Positions 12,291 to 26,024 of a DNA stretch of 64,000 nucleotides are shown here, piece by piece. Origin of the DNA: Eledone cirrhosa (lineage: Eukaryota); NCBI GenBank assembly GCA_964016885.1, contig OZ024757.1:5084001-5148000 (forward strand), read 5' to 3'. A program made the position numbers and the translations under genes. How positions within the stretch are numbered: the first letter of the stretch is position 1; each line of letters opens with the position of its first letter. The notes beneath the pieces are model-generated. The model was not told the origin of the DNA. It was given only the letters and a program-made list of their open reading frames with translations, and searched no databases.

Positions 12291-12649
12291 AAATTAAGCT
12301 TGTTGAATCCCAAAATAGTTGTTGAAACAGCCACAGCTCAGCCGTCGGGGTCCTGAATATTTTCATATATATATATACGTATGAGTGTGTGTGTTTTGAG
12401 AATTAATAATTATATAAACAAGTTTGTAATGAAGAATTTATTTCTTATCAAAACTGTATAAACATGATATTATTTACAGTAAGTATAACAATAATAATGA
12501 TGGTTTCTAGTAAAGGTGGAAGGCCAGTAATTTGGGGGAGGGGAAAGTTGATTAAATCGAAGAGAGAAAGAAAGAAGAAACAGAACGGGAAGGAGAGAGG
12601 ATGGCAAGAGGTCCGGTGTCGCAGGAGAGAGGGGAGGGTGGTTGAGCTT

Positions 12650-13140
12650 TGAGTCTAGGGCAAGAGGTCAGAAATGCTGCGCCCCACGGATAAGACGGCA
12701 AAAGTATTCTCGCAGACGATGGCCAGAGATACCCAATGCAACAACCACCCAACCTCGCGGGGTTCCCTCCTCAGACGGGCCGGTGACGCTCCGATCTTGT
12801 GGAGGAGCTCGGCAGTACGGGGTCCAAGTACTCCTGGGGTCTCAACGTTGACTGGTGCAGAGAGGAAGGGGCCGGACAGTCCTCGGTATTTGTTTATTTT
12901 ACGTTCTTCTGCGAGGTGGGCTGCGATTCCGGGGTTTGTGACCGAAACGACTTGGAAACGAAGTTGGAGGCGGAGATTGTGTCGTAGCTGGTGGTGTCCC
13001 AGATGAGGGACCTACGTCCTTCGAATGGGAAGAGAGTGATTCCGTCGGGGCGCTTGCCATCTCCGGGACCTGTTGGCCCCAGTTGTGATGGGAAGCCAGC
13101 TGCGTCCAGGCTTCTTCTCAATATGTCGTTGAGAACGGCG
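12650..13140 (-). mobile_element. CRE-clade non-LTR retrotransposon C-terminal restriction-like endonuclease fragment
   Basis: LNDILRRSL..AGFPS..DGKRPDGITLFPF..LIWDTT..DT, then after a frameshift AEERKINKY..PVNVET.GVLG..VSLAI. This is a PD-(D/E)xK RLE signature. Confidence 0.8.
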
Positions 13141-13684
13141 AGTATCTATTAAATAATTATTTGAATATTGAAATTTTAGGTTTAACTACCTTTTAAACCA
13201 AATACATTAAGAAAGGCATGACCAACACCACATCATTTTTATTTCTATTTTGAAAGTAGGTTTATAAGTATTAAATTTCAGTAGCTTCTTATATCCTTCA
13301 TGGTGGTCTGGTGGGAGATACGAGAGATGGTGGAGGTTCTGGTCTGGGGTTCAATCCTGCTCAGGAGATACTCTAAGGGGGTTCATACTAAACTTCTTCA
13401 GTGTTTCTTATCTCTAGAGACAAATATATATACATAAGGTAATCTGGTAAAGTTGTTAGAACATCACATAGAATTCTTTGTAGTATTTTTTCCAGTTCTT
13501 TAATCTGAGTTCAACTTTACTTTTCTTCCATTCGGGGTTGATAATAAAGTACCAGTCAAATACTAGGGGTTAATTCTTCCTCTATATCTCTTTCTCACTC
13601 TCTGTCTGTTTTATTAAGACCTGGAGAGGAGATGTACTCTGCCAGGTTTTATAATGAGTTATGGAGTCATACCTGCCTGCAACA

Positions 13685-14535
13685 CCACTGTGTACTAAGT
13701 GTAGCATATTATATCCTTGTTCAGGGCCTTCCTGACATTACTGTGTACTAAGTGTAGCATATTATGTCCTTGTTCAGGGCCTTCCTGACATTACTGTGTA
13801 CTGAGTGTAGCATATTATATCCTTGTTCAGGGCCTTCCTAACATTACTGTCTACTGAGTGTAGATTTGGATATCCTTGTTCAGGGCCTTCCTGACATTAC
13901 TGTGTACTAAGTGTAGATTTGGATATCCTTGTTCAGGGCCTTCCTAACATTACTGTGTACTAAGTGTAGATTTGGATATCCTTGTTAAGGGCCTTCCTAA
14001 CATTACTGTGTACTAAGTGTAGATTTGGATATCCTTGTTCAGGGTCTTCCTGACATTACTGTGTACTAAGTGTAGATTTGGATATCCTTGTTCTGGGCCT
14101 TCCTAACATTACTGTGTACTAAGTGTAGCATATTATATCCTTGTTCAGAGCCTTTCTAACATTACTGTGTACTAAGTGTAGCATTTTATATACTTATTCT
14201 GGGCCTTTCTAACGTTACTGTGTACTGAGTGTAGATTTTAACATCCTTGTTCTTGGCCTTCCTAACACCACTGTGTTGTAAATATAGATGTTGATATCCT
14301 TGTTCAGGGCCTTCCTACCATTACTGTGTACTAAGTGTAGCATTTTATATCCTTGTTCAGGGCCTTTCTAATACCACTGTGTTCTAAGTGTAGATTTTGA
14401 TATCCTTGTTCTGGGCCTTCCTAACATTACTGTGTATTAAGAGTAACTTTCAACATTATCCTTGTTCTGAGCCTTCTTAACACCACTATGTATTAAGTGT
14501 AGCTTTAATATACTTGTTCAGGGCCTTCATAATAC
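13685..14535. repeat. Minisatellite, 53-54 bp unit, ~16 copies
   Basis: Unit cattactgtgtactaagtgtagatttggatatccttgttcagggccttcctaa. Confidence 0.95.
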
Positions 14536-14711
14536 CAGACTAGGTAATGTGTATATTATATTGTTGCAGGGGAACTAAGTATGTCCTTAAGGTCCTGTAA
14601 TGTACCCTAGTTGACCTTCATGGTAGCACCAGCCCTGTATAAAACTGTGATACTTTAAAGTTCAGTAATGTACCAATCTGATGTCTATACTCTAGCTGGT
14701 TGTCTGTCTCG

Positions 14712-15816
14712 CTGTACCCTGGGTGGCCCTATGTCTCCCTGAGGTCTGTACCCCAGGTGGCCCTATGTCTCCCTGAGGTCTGTACCCCAGGTGGCCCTAT
14801 GTCTTCCTGAGGTCTGTACCCTAGGTGGCTCTGTGTCTCTCTGAGGTCTGTACCCCAGGTGGCCCTATGTCTCCCTGAGGTCTGTACCCTAGGTAGCTCT
14901 GTGTCTCTCTAAGATCTGTACCCTAGGTGGCTCTGTGTCTCCCTGAGGTCTGTACCCTAGGTGGCCCTATGTCTCCCTGAGGTCTGTACCCTAGGTGGCT
15001 CTGTGTCTCTCTGAGGTCTGTACCCCAGGTGGCCCTATGTCTCCCTGAGGTCTGTACCCTAGGTGGCTCTGTGTCTCTCTAAGATCTGTACCCTAGGTGG
15101 CTCTGTGTCTCCCTGAGGTCTGTACCCTAGGTGGCCCTATGTCTCCCTGAGGTCTGTACCCTAGGTGGCTCTGTGTCTCTCTGAGGTCTGTACCCCAGGT
15201 GGCCCTATGTCTCCCTGAGGTCTGTACCCTAGGTAGCTCTGTGTCTCTCTAAGATCTGTACCCTAGGTGACAGGGTGTCTCTCTGAGGTCTGTACCCTAG
15301 GTAGCTCTGTGTCTCCCTGAGGTCTGTACCCTAGGTAGCTCTGTGTCTCTCTAAGATCTGTACCCTAGGTGGCCCTATGTCTCCCTGAGGTCTGTACCCT
15401 AGGTGACAGGGTGTCTCTCTGAGGTCTGTACCCTAGGTGGCTCTGTGTCTCTCTGAGGTCTGTACCCTAGGTGACAGGGTGTCTCTCTGAGGTCTGTACC
15501 CTAGGTGGCTCTGTGTCTCTCTGAGGTCTGTACCCTAGGTAGCTCTGTGTCTCTCTAAGATCTGTACCCTAGGTGACAGGGTGTCTCTCTGAGGTCTGTA
15601 CCCTAGGTGGCTCTGTGTCTCTCTGAGGTCTGTACCCTAGGTGGCTCCGTGTCTCTCTAAGGTCTGTACCCTAGGTGGCCCTATGTCTCCCTGAGGTCTG
15701 TACCCTAGGTGGCTCTGTGTCTCTCTGAGGTCTGTACCCTAGGTAGCTCTGTGTCTCTCTAACATCTGTACCCTAGGTGACAGGGTGTCTCTCTGAGGTC
15801 TGTACCCTAGGTAGCT
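14712..15816. repeat. Minisatellite, 34 bp unit, ~32 copies
   Basis: Unit ctgaggtctgtaccctaggtggctctgtgtctct with recurring variants. Confidence 0.95.
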
Positions 15817-15819
15817 GTA

Positions 15820-18800
15820 TATAAGGACTAGAACTCTTTAATTAGAATCAAATAGTAGTATATATGCAATATTTAATAGAGAAATTGCTTCAACAAGACT
15901 AAATTCATTAATATGAGGGGTATTAGTAGTTTATATGCCATATTTAATACATAAATGGCTTCTAAATGCAGAGAACTAATTTATTCGATGGAAATAGTAA
16001 TGTATATCCAATATTTAATACAGAGATGCCTTCTACAAGACTAAAAGTTATTAATATGAGGGGTATTAGTAGTACATATGCCATATTTAATACGCAAATT
16101 GCTTCTAAATGAAGAGATCTCTTTAATTCGATGGAAATATACTGTATATCCAATATTTAATACAGAACTGTCTTCTACAAAGCTAAAACTCATTTATATA
16201 AGGGGTATTAGTAGTGTATATGCCATATTTAATACAGAAATGGGTTCTAAAGGACTAGTACTCTTTAAATTGAATAAAATAGTAGTATATATGCAATATT
16301 TACTACAGAAATGCCTTCTAAAGGACTAAAACTCATTAATATGACGGTATTAGTAGATTATATAACATATTTAATACAGAAATGGCTTTTTAATTCGATG
16401 GAAATAGTAGTGTATATGCAATATTTAATACAGAAATAGCTTCTACAGGACTAAAACTAATTAATATGAGGGTTATTAGTAGTATATGTGCCATATTTAA
16501 TACAGAGATGGCTTCTAAATGGAGGGATCTCATTAATTCGATGGAAATAGTAGTGTATATACAATATTTAATACAGAAATGGCTTCTAAAGGACTAGAAC
16601 GCTTTAATTCGAATCAAATAGTAGTATATATCGTATATTTAATACAGAAACGTCTTCTACAGGATGACAACTAATATATTTGGAGGAAATAGAAGTATAT
16701 ATGTAATATTTAATACAGAAATAGCTTCTGCAGAGCTAGAAACCAGTATTTCGAAGGAAATAGTAGAGTATACACAATATTTAATACAGAAATGGCCTCT
16801 AAATTACTAGGACTCTTTAATTTGATGGAAATAGTAGAGTATATGCAATATTTAATAAATAAATGGCTTCTAAAGCAGTAGAACTCTTTAATTTAAAGGC
16901 TATTAGTAATATATATGCCATATTTAATACAGAAATGGCTTATAAAGCACTATAACTCTTTAATTTTAAGGAAATAGTACAGTATATGCAATATTCAATG
17001 CAGAAATCACTGTCAAAGGACTAGAACTAATATATTTGTAGTAAATAGTAGCATATATGTAATATTTAATACAGAAATTGCTTCTGAAGCACTAGAACTC
17101 TTTAATTTGAAGGATATTAATAGATTTTATGCAATATTTAATATGTAAATAGATTCCTCAGGGCTAGAACTCATTAATTCGAAAGAAATAGTAGTGTATA
17201 TGCAATATTTAATACAGAAATAACTTCTACAGGGCTGAAATTCATTAATATGAGGGGCATTAATACATTATATGCTATATTTAATACAGAAATTGCCTCT
17301 AAAAGACTAGAAACTTTCAATTTATAGGAAATAGTAGATTATATGCCACATGTAATAAATAAATGGTCTCTAAAGGAGTAAAGCTCATTAATTCGAAGGA
17401 AATAGTAGTATATATGCCATACGTAATAAAGAAATGGCTTCTACAGGACTAAAACTCATTGATTTGAAGGATATTAGTAGATTATATGCAACATTTAATA
17501 TAGAAATGGCTTCTAAAGGGCAAAAGCTCATTAATTCTAAGGAAATAGTACATTATATGCAATATTTAATATAGAAATGGCTTGTAAAGGACTAGAAATC
17601 ATTAACTTGAAGGATATTTGTAGATTATATGCCATATTTAATACAGAAATATTTAAGAAAGGAATGAATTCTAAGGGAGTAAAACTAATATAATTGTAGG
17701 AAATGCTAGTATATATGCCATATTTAATAAAGAAATGGCTTCTAAAGCAGTAGAACTTTTTAATTTGAAGGGTATTAGTAGATTATATGCCATATTTAAT
17801 ATGGAAATGGCTTCTAAAGGACTAAATCTCATTAATTCAAGGGAAATAATAATATATGTGCAATATTCAATACAGAAATTGCTTCTAAAGAATAGAACTC
17901 TTCGATTCAAAGGAAATAGTACAGTATATGCAATATTTAATAGGGAAACAACTTCAACAGAGCTAGAACCCATAAATTTGAAGGAAAAAGTAGAGTATAC
18001 ACAATATTTAATGCAGAAATGGCTTCTAAATGACTAGAACTTTTAATTCAAAGGAAATAGTACATTATATGCCATATTTAATATGGAAATGGCTTCTTAA
18101 GAATAAGAACTCTTTAATTTGTAGTAAATAGTAGTATGTATGCAATATTTAATACAGAAACGGCTTCTACAAGTCTAAAAGTCATTAATTTGAAGAGTAT
18201 TAGTAGATTATATGCCATATTTAATAGATAAATAGCTTCTACAGTGCTACAACTCATTAATTTGAACAAAATTGTAGTGTATATGCAATATTTAATACAG
18301 AAATGGCTTTTAGAGGGCTGAAACTCATTAACTTGAAGGGTATTATTAGATTATATGCTACATTTAATGCAGAAATGGCCTTCAGATGACTACAATGCCT
18401 CAATTCGAAAGAAATAGTAGAGTATATGCTATATTTAATAAGAAATGGCTTCTAAAAGAGTAAAATTAATATAATTTGAGGAAATAATAGTATATACGCC
18501 ATATTTAATACAGAAATGTCTTCTAAAGGACTAGAATGCTTTAATTTAAAGGGTATTAGTAGATTATATTCTATACTCAATACGGAAATGGCTTCTTAAG
18601 GACTAAAGCTCATTAATTTGAGGGAAATAGTAGTGTATGTGCAATATTTAATACAGAAATGGCTTCTAAAGGAATAGAACTCTTCAAGGAAATAGTATTT
18701 TATATGCAACATTTAATATAGAAATGGTTTCTAAAGGGCTAAATCTCATTAATTTGAAGGAAATAGTACATTATATGCAATATTTAATAGAGAAATGGCT

Positions 18801-19810
18801 TCTACAGGACGAAAACTCATTAATTCAAAGGATATTAGTAGATTATATGCCATATTTAATACAGAAATGGCTTCTAAAAGACTAGAACTCCACAATTCAA
18901 AGGAAATAGTAGTATATATGCCATATTTAATACGGAAATGGCTTCTAAAAGACTAGAACTCTTCAATTCAAAGGAAATAGTATTATATATGCCATATTTA
19001 ATACAGAAATGGCTGTCAAGAGACTAGAACGAATATATTTGTATATGTGCAATACTTAATTCAGAAAAGTCTAGAAAAGGACTAGAAATTTTAATTCAAA
19101 GGAAATAGTACATTATATGCCATATTTTATATGGAAATGGCTTCTTGAGGACAAGAACTTTTTTATTTGTTGTAAATAGTAGTATGAAAGCAATATTTAA
19201 TACAGAAATGGCTTCTACAGGACTAAAACTTTTTAATTTGAAGAGTATTAATAGATTATATGCAATATTTAATTCATAAATAGCTTTACAGTGCTACAAC
19301 TCATTAATTTGAACGAAATAGTAGTGTCTATGCAATATTTAATACAGAAATGGCCTCTAAATTACTAGAACTTTTCAATTCGAAGGAAATAGTAGATTAT
19401 ATGTCACATGTAATAAGGAAATTGCCTCTAAAGGAGTAAAGCTCATAAATTTGAGGGAAATAGTAGTGTATGTGCATTATTTACTTCGAATTAATGAGTT
19501 CTCGCCCTGTGGAATCTATTTACGTATTAAATATTGCATATAATCTATTAATATCCTTCAAATTAAAGAGTTCTAGTGCTTCAGAAGACATTACATATAT
19601 ACTACTATTTCGTGCAAATATATTAGTTCTAGTCCTTTGACAGCCATTTCTGTATTATATATTGCATATACTGTAATATTTCCTTAAAATTAAAGAGTTC
19701 TAGTGCTTTAGAAGCCATTTCTGTATTAAATATTGTGTATACTCTACTATTTCCTTTGAATAACTGGTTTCTAAGTCTTTGGAAGCTATTTCCGTATTAA
19801 ATATTACATA
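15820..19810. repeat. Diverged AT-rich satellite, ~71 bp unit, with the last ~325 bp inverted
   Basis: tatgcaatatttaatacagaaatggcttcta recurs about every 71 bp, and the orientation flips near 19486. Confidence 0.9.
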
Positions 19811-19811
19811 C

Positions 19812-22318
19812 AGTAAGGTGTTCTGGAAGTATGTTCACGCAAAGTAGAGGCCTCACTCTCCAGTTGGTCCTCTTCGCAATCCCCACACAAGCCAGGTTAC
19901 TGACGACCCCAAGGAATGCGCAGAGCTCATTGCTGAATGCTATGCAGGCATTTTCACTATTGAAGACCAGAGTGTACCATCTCCACCACCTATGACTCTG
20001 GACTCTATTACAACCATGGAATTTACACCTGCAATGCTGCGACGTCACCTGAAAAATAAACGCAACCATGCCTCTTCTGGTCTTGATGGTGTTACGTACC
20101 TGCTTCTTAAACGTGGTGGGTACTTCCTTCTACACCAGTTATCACGCTTCTTCCAATTCTGCCTGAACAACAGTGCTACTCCAGAACAGTGGAAAACTGC
20201 CAGTGTCATTCCTCTGTTCAAAAAGGGTGACCGCACATCACCTGTGAACTATCGTCCAGCCAGTCTTACCAGTTGCATCGCCAAACTGATGAAATCCTGT
20301 GTCAGAGAAACACTTTGGAACTTCTGGAGCACTCACAGTCTTATCCGGCCCTCGCAATTTGGATTTATCCCCAACTCCAGCTGCTGTGATCAACTTATAG
20401 AGTTTCTTGAGGACATCACCCGGATCACTGATGGAGGCTCATGGGTGGATGTTGTTTACCTTGACTTTGCGACGGCCTTCAATTCTGAGCCACACAAGAG
20501 GCTTATGGCAAAACTCTCTGCAATGGGTGTGAAGGATGATCTTTTTAACTGGTTGAAGTCCTTCATTCTCGGTCGAAGAGAGGTAGTCACGGTTCTAGGA
20601 CAGCATTCCTCACCATATGAGATGTCATCTGGTGTACCACAGGGATCTGTTCTTGGCCCCTTTTTGTTTGTGGCATATATTAATGACATAGATGCCAACT
20701 TAAGGAATGCCACAGTACTAAAGTATGCAGACGACATCAAGCTGTACCTTGAGATAAAAAGGACAGATCCTGAACACTATAGATCTTGTTTGCAGTCTGA
20801 CCTGGACACAATGCAACAATGGATCTCAGACTGGCAACTCAAGCTAGCTGTGAAAAAGTGCACCACCATGCATTTTGGGAGTAAAAACCCAGCGTCCACA
20901 TACTCCCTCCACAGCACTAATATCAAGAAGTCTTCTTGTGAACGTGACCTGGGCATTACGGTCAGCAGCGATTTGCGTTGGACGAGGCACGTCTCTAAAA
21001 TTGTCAAGAAGGCCGATGGTGTCTTAGCATCACTCAGCAAGACCTTTGTCAGCTGCTCTCCAGATATCTATTTAAGGCTGTATACAGCTATGGTGCAACC
21101 ACACTTAGAATTTGCATCACCAGTCTGGAACCCCTATTTTGCTCAGGACATTGACCGCCTGGAAACTGTTGAGAGACGTGCAACCAAGCGAATACCCTCC
21201 ATCAGGCATCTACCATACTCTGAGCGCCTTGCTTCCGTGGGCATGGATTCATTGAAGCTCCGACGCCTGGCAACTGACTTGGTAAACACCCACAAAATTG
21301 TTAACCATATTGTCAACAACAACCCTGAGTACCTTTTTGATTTCCATGTGTCTAACACACGTGGACATGCCCACAAAGTAAGAAAATAGCACAGTTCCCA
21401 TGACTTTCGGAAACATTTTTTCACGCTCAGAGTTGCTGAAGCATGGAACAAACTACCTGCATCAGTTGTTAGCTGTAGAGACACTGCATGCTTTAAAACC
21501 TCCATGGAACAAACTACCTGCATCAGTTGTTAGCTGTCGAGACACTGCATCCTTTAAAACCTCCATGGAACAAACTACCTGCATCAGTTGTTAGCTGTGG
21601 AGACACTGCATCCTTTAAAACCTCCATGGAACAAACTACCTGCATCAGTTGTTAGCTGTCGAGACACTGCATCCTTTAAAACCTCCATGGAACAAACTAC
21701 CTGCATCAGTTGTTAGCTGTGGAGACACTGCATCCTTTAAAACCTCCATGGAACAAACTACCTGCATCAGTTGTTAGCTGTGGAGACACTGCATCCTTTA
21801 AAACCTCCATGGAACAAACTACCTGCATCAGTTGTTAGCTGTGGAGACACTGCATCCTTTAAAACCTCCATGGAACAAACTACCTGCATCAGTTGTTAGT
21901 TGTGGAGACACTGCATCCTTTAAAACCTCCATGGAACAAACTACCTGCATCAGTTGTTAGCTGTCGAGACACTGCATCCTTTAAAACCTCCATGGAACAA
22001 ACTACCTGCATCAGTTGTTAGCTGTGGAGACACTGCATCCTTTAAAACCTCCATGGAACAAACTACCTGCATCACTTGTTAGCTGTGGAGACACTGCATC
22101 CTTTAAAACCTCCATGGAACAAACTACCTGCATCAGTTGTGAGCTGTCGAGACACTGCATCTTTTAAAGCCTCCATGCTTCCCGAGATCCGCCAACACTA
22201 CAGCTAACACATACACACATGTACTTCCCTGACATTTGTGTATTATTCTATGTACTATATTGACGAGTTGTGGTGCAGCTGAGCACTTTACACAATAATT
22301 TCATTATTATTATTATTA
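19812..22318 (+). mobile_element. 5'-truncated CR1/L2-group LINE (RT domain, ORF 19992..21389)
   Basis: NYRPASLTS, YLDF..AF, GVPQGSVLGP, YADD and ERDLG motifs. The 3' UTR ends in (ATT)n and the element is homologous to 37337-41660. Confidence 0.93.
21442..22177 (+). repeat. 61-bp x 12 tandem repeat amplified from the LINE ORF2 C-terminus
   Basis: catggaacaaactacctgcatcag... recurs at 21442+61n. The sister LINE has a single copy (37667-37731). Confidence 0.95.
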
Positions 22319-22414
22319 ATATGTCACATCCATTCCACCCTGTAAATATGAAACTGTTGCTCACATCAATTTATATGTATCTATATTATTGTTCAGTTGA
22401 ATAGGAGGGTAATT

Positions 22415-24855
22415 ATACATATATATATGTGTGTGTAGTGTATATATATAGACTGTATAGTGTATATATACATATATATATATGTGTAGTGTATATAGAC
22501 AGTATAGTGTATATATACAAATATATATGTGTGTAGTGTATATATATATAGACTGTATAGTGTATATATACATATATATATATATGTGTGTAGTGTATAT
22601 ATATAGACTGTATAGTGTATATATACATATATATATGTGTAGTGTATATAGACAGTATAGTGTATATATACAAATATATATGTGTGTAGTGTATATATAT
22701 ATATAGACTGTATAGTGTATATATACATATATATATATGTGTAGTGTATATAGACAGTATAGTGTATATATACATATATATATGTGTAGTGTATATATAT
22801 ATAGACTGTATAGTGTATATATACATATATATGTGTGTAGTGTATATATATATATAGACTGTATAGTGTATATATACATATATATATATGTGTGTAGTGT
22901 ATATATATAGACTGTATAGTGTATATATACATATATATATATATATGTAGTGTATATATATATAGACTGTATAGTGCATAAAGACATATATATATATATG
23001 TGTAGTGTATATATATATATATATGGACTGTATAGTGTATATATACATATATATATATGTAGTGTATATATATAGACTGTATAGTGCATATATACATATA
23101 TATATATATGTAGTGTATATATATATATAGACCGTATAGTGCATATATACATATATATATATATATATATATGTGTGTAGTGTATATATATATAGACTGT
23201 ATAGTGTATATATATATATATATGTGTGTAGTGTATATATATATATATAGACTGTATAGTGCATATATACATATATATATGTAGTGTATATATATAGACT
23301 GTATAGTGCATATATACGTATATATATATATATGTAGGGTATATATATAGACTGTATAGTGTATATATACATATATATATATATATATGTAGTGTATATA
23401 TATAGACTGTATAGTGCATATATACATATATATATGTGTGTAGTGTATATATATATAGACTGTATAGTGTATATATACATATATATATATGTGTGTAGTG
23501 TATATATATAGACTGTATAGTGTATATATACATATATATATATATATGTAGTGTATATATATATAGACTGTATAGTGCATATATACATATATATATATAT
23601 GTGTAGTGTATATATATATATATAGAGACTGTATAGTGTATATATACATATATATATATATGTAGTGTATATATATAGACTGTATAGTGCATATATACAT
23701 ATATATATGTGTGTAGTGTATATATATAGACTGTATAGTGTATATATACATATATATATATATGTAGTGTATATATATATAGACTGTATAGTGCATATAT
23801 ACATATATATATATATGTGTAGTGTATATATATATATATGGATTGTATAGTGTATATATACATATATATATATATATGTAGTGTATATATATATAGACCG
23901 TATAGTGTATATATACATATATATATATGTGTAGTGTATATATATATATAGACTGTTTAGTGTATATATACATATATATATATATATGTAGTGTATATAT
24001 ATATATATAGACTGTATAGTGCATATATACATATATATATATATGTAGTGTATATATATATATAGACTGTATAGTGCATATATACATATATATATATATA
24101 TATGTGTGTAGTGTATATATATATAGACTGTATAGTGTATATATATATATATATATGTGTGTAGTGTATATATATATATATATATAGACTGTATAGTGCA
24201 TATATACATATATATATGTAGTGTATATATATATAGACTGTATAGTGCATATATACATATATATATATATATATATACATATGTAGTGTATATATATAGA
24301 CTGTATAGTGTGTATATATATATATATATATATAGACTGTATAGTGCATATATACATATATATATATATATGTAGTGTATATATATAGACTGTATAGTGC
24401 ATATATACATATATATATGTGTGTAGTGTATATATATATATAGACTGTATAGTGTATATATACATATATATATATATATGTAGTATATATATATATATAT
24501 GTAGTGTATATATATATAGACTGTATAGTGTATATATACATATATATATATGTCTAGTGTATATATATATATAGACTGTATAGTGTATATATACATATAT
24601 ATATATATGTAGTGTATATATATATATAGACTGTATAGTGCATATATACATATATATATATGTAGTGTATATATATATATAGACTGTATAGTGCATATAT
24701 ACATATATATATATATATATGTGTGTAGTGTATATATATATAGACTGTATAGTGTATATATATATATATGTGTGTAGTGTATATATATATATAGACTGTA
24801 TAGTGCATATATACATATATATATGTAGTGTATATATATATAGACTGTATAGTGC

Positions 24856-24935
<80 letters not shown>

Positions 24936-25500
24936 TATATATATAGACTGTATAGTGTGTATATATATATATATATATATAGACTGTATAGTGCATATAT
25001 ACATATATATATATATATGTAGTGTATATATATAGACTGTATAGTGCATATATACATATATATATATATATGTAGTGTAGTGTATATATATATATAGACT
25101 GTATAGTGTATATATACATATATATATATATATGTAGTATATATATATATATGTAGTGTATATATATAGAGACTGTATAGTGTATATATACATATATATA
25201 TATGTGTAGTGTATATATATATATATAGACTGTATAGTGCATATATACATACATATAAATATATATGTGTAGTGTATATATATATAGACTGTATAGTGCA
25301 TATATACATACATACATATATATGTAGTGTATATATATATAAACTGTATAGTGCATATATGGATACATATATATATATATATGTAGTGTATATATATAGA
25401 CTGTATAGTGTATATATACATATATATATATATGTATATGTAGTGTATTTATATATAGACTGTATAGTGCATATATACATATATATATATATGTATATAT
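22415..25500. repeat. Compound (TA)n-based satellite: GACTGTATAGTG / CA / GTAGTG modules separated by variable (TA)n
   Basis: Direct observation. It explains the spurious Y/I-rich ORFs. Confidence 0.95.
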
Positions 25501-26024
25501 GAATAATATTGGTGATAGGAAGGGCATTCAGCTATTGAAAACCTGCTAGAAAACGGGTTGGGCGGACCTTTCTGCTGTGTAAAGGACATGACAATCACTT
25601 TAGTATTGGTGACACAACCAAATACACCCAGTAGTTGGTGTGACCATATGTAACTGAAAGGAGGACCCCAACCCCACCTTGGTCTTTGAAGACAACCTGT
25701 CTAACCCTTGCTAGCAGGGAAACTGGACATTAAATGATGATGAGCTGTGACATCACTGAGGTCAAGCTGTTTCAGCCATTCCTTTGGACAGTATTCTATA
25801 TGGTCTATATATATTGGACAATATGAAATATCATGTATATAGAAGTTTTGACAACATTATATATACATATGTACACACACACTGACAAACATGTATATTT
25901 ATATACAATGTTCGGCTGAAGAGGTCATAGGCTGACCAAGTTACTCTCATGGAATGAGACAATGTATACACACAAATATATGCTTATATATATGTATACA
26001 AATACATATATATTTTATAGTGAA

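Noticed and set aside
13685-22177. Regular repeats resembling CRISPR arrays
   Set aside because: Units are contiguous with no unique spacers, there are no cas genes, and the context is eukaryotic
22361-25527. ORFs of 500-1044 aa rich in Y/I/H/T
   Set aside because: They are translations of a (TA)n compound satellite that lacks stops on one strand
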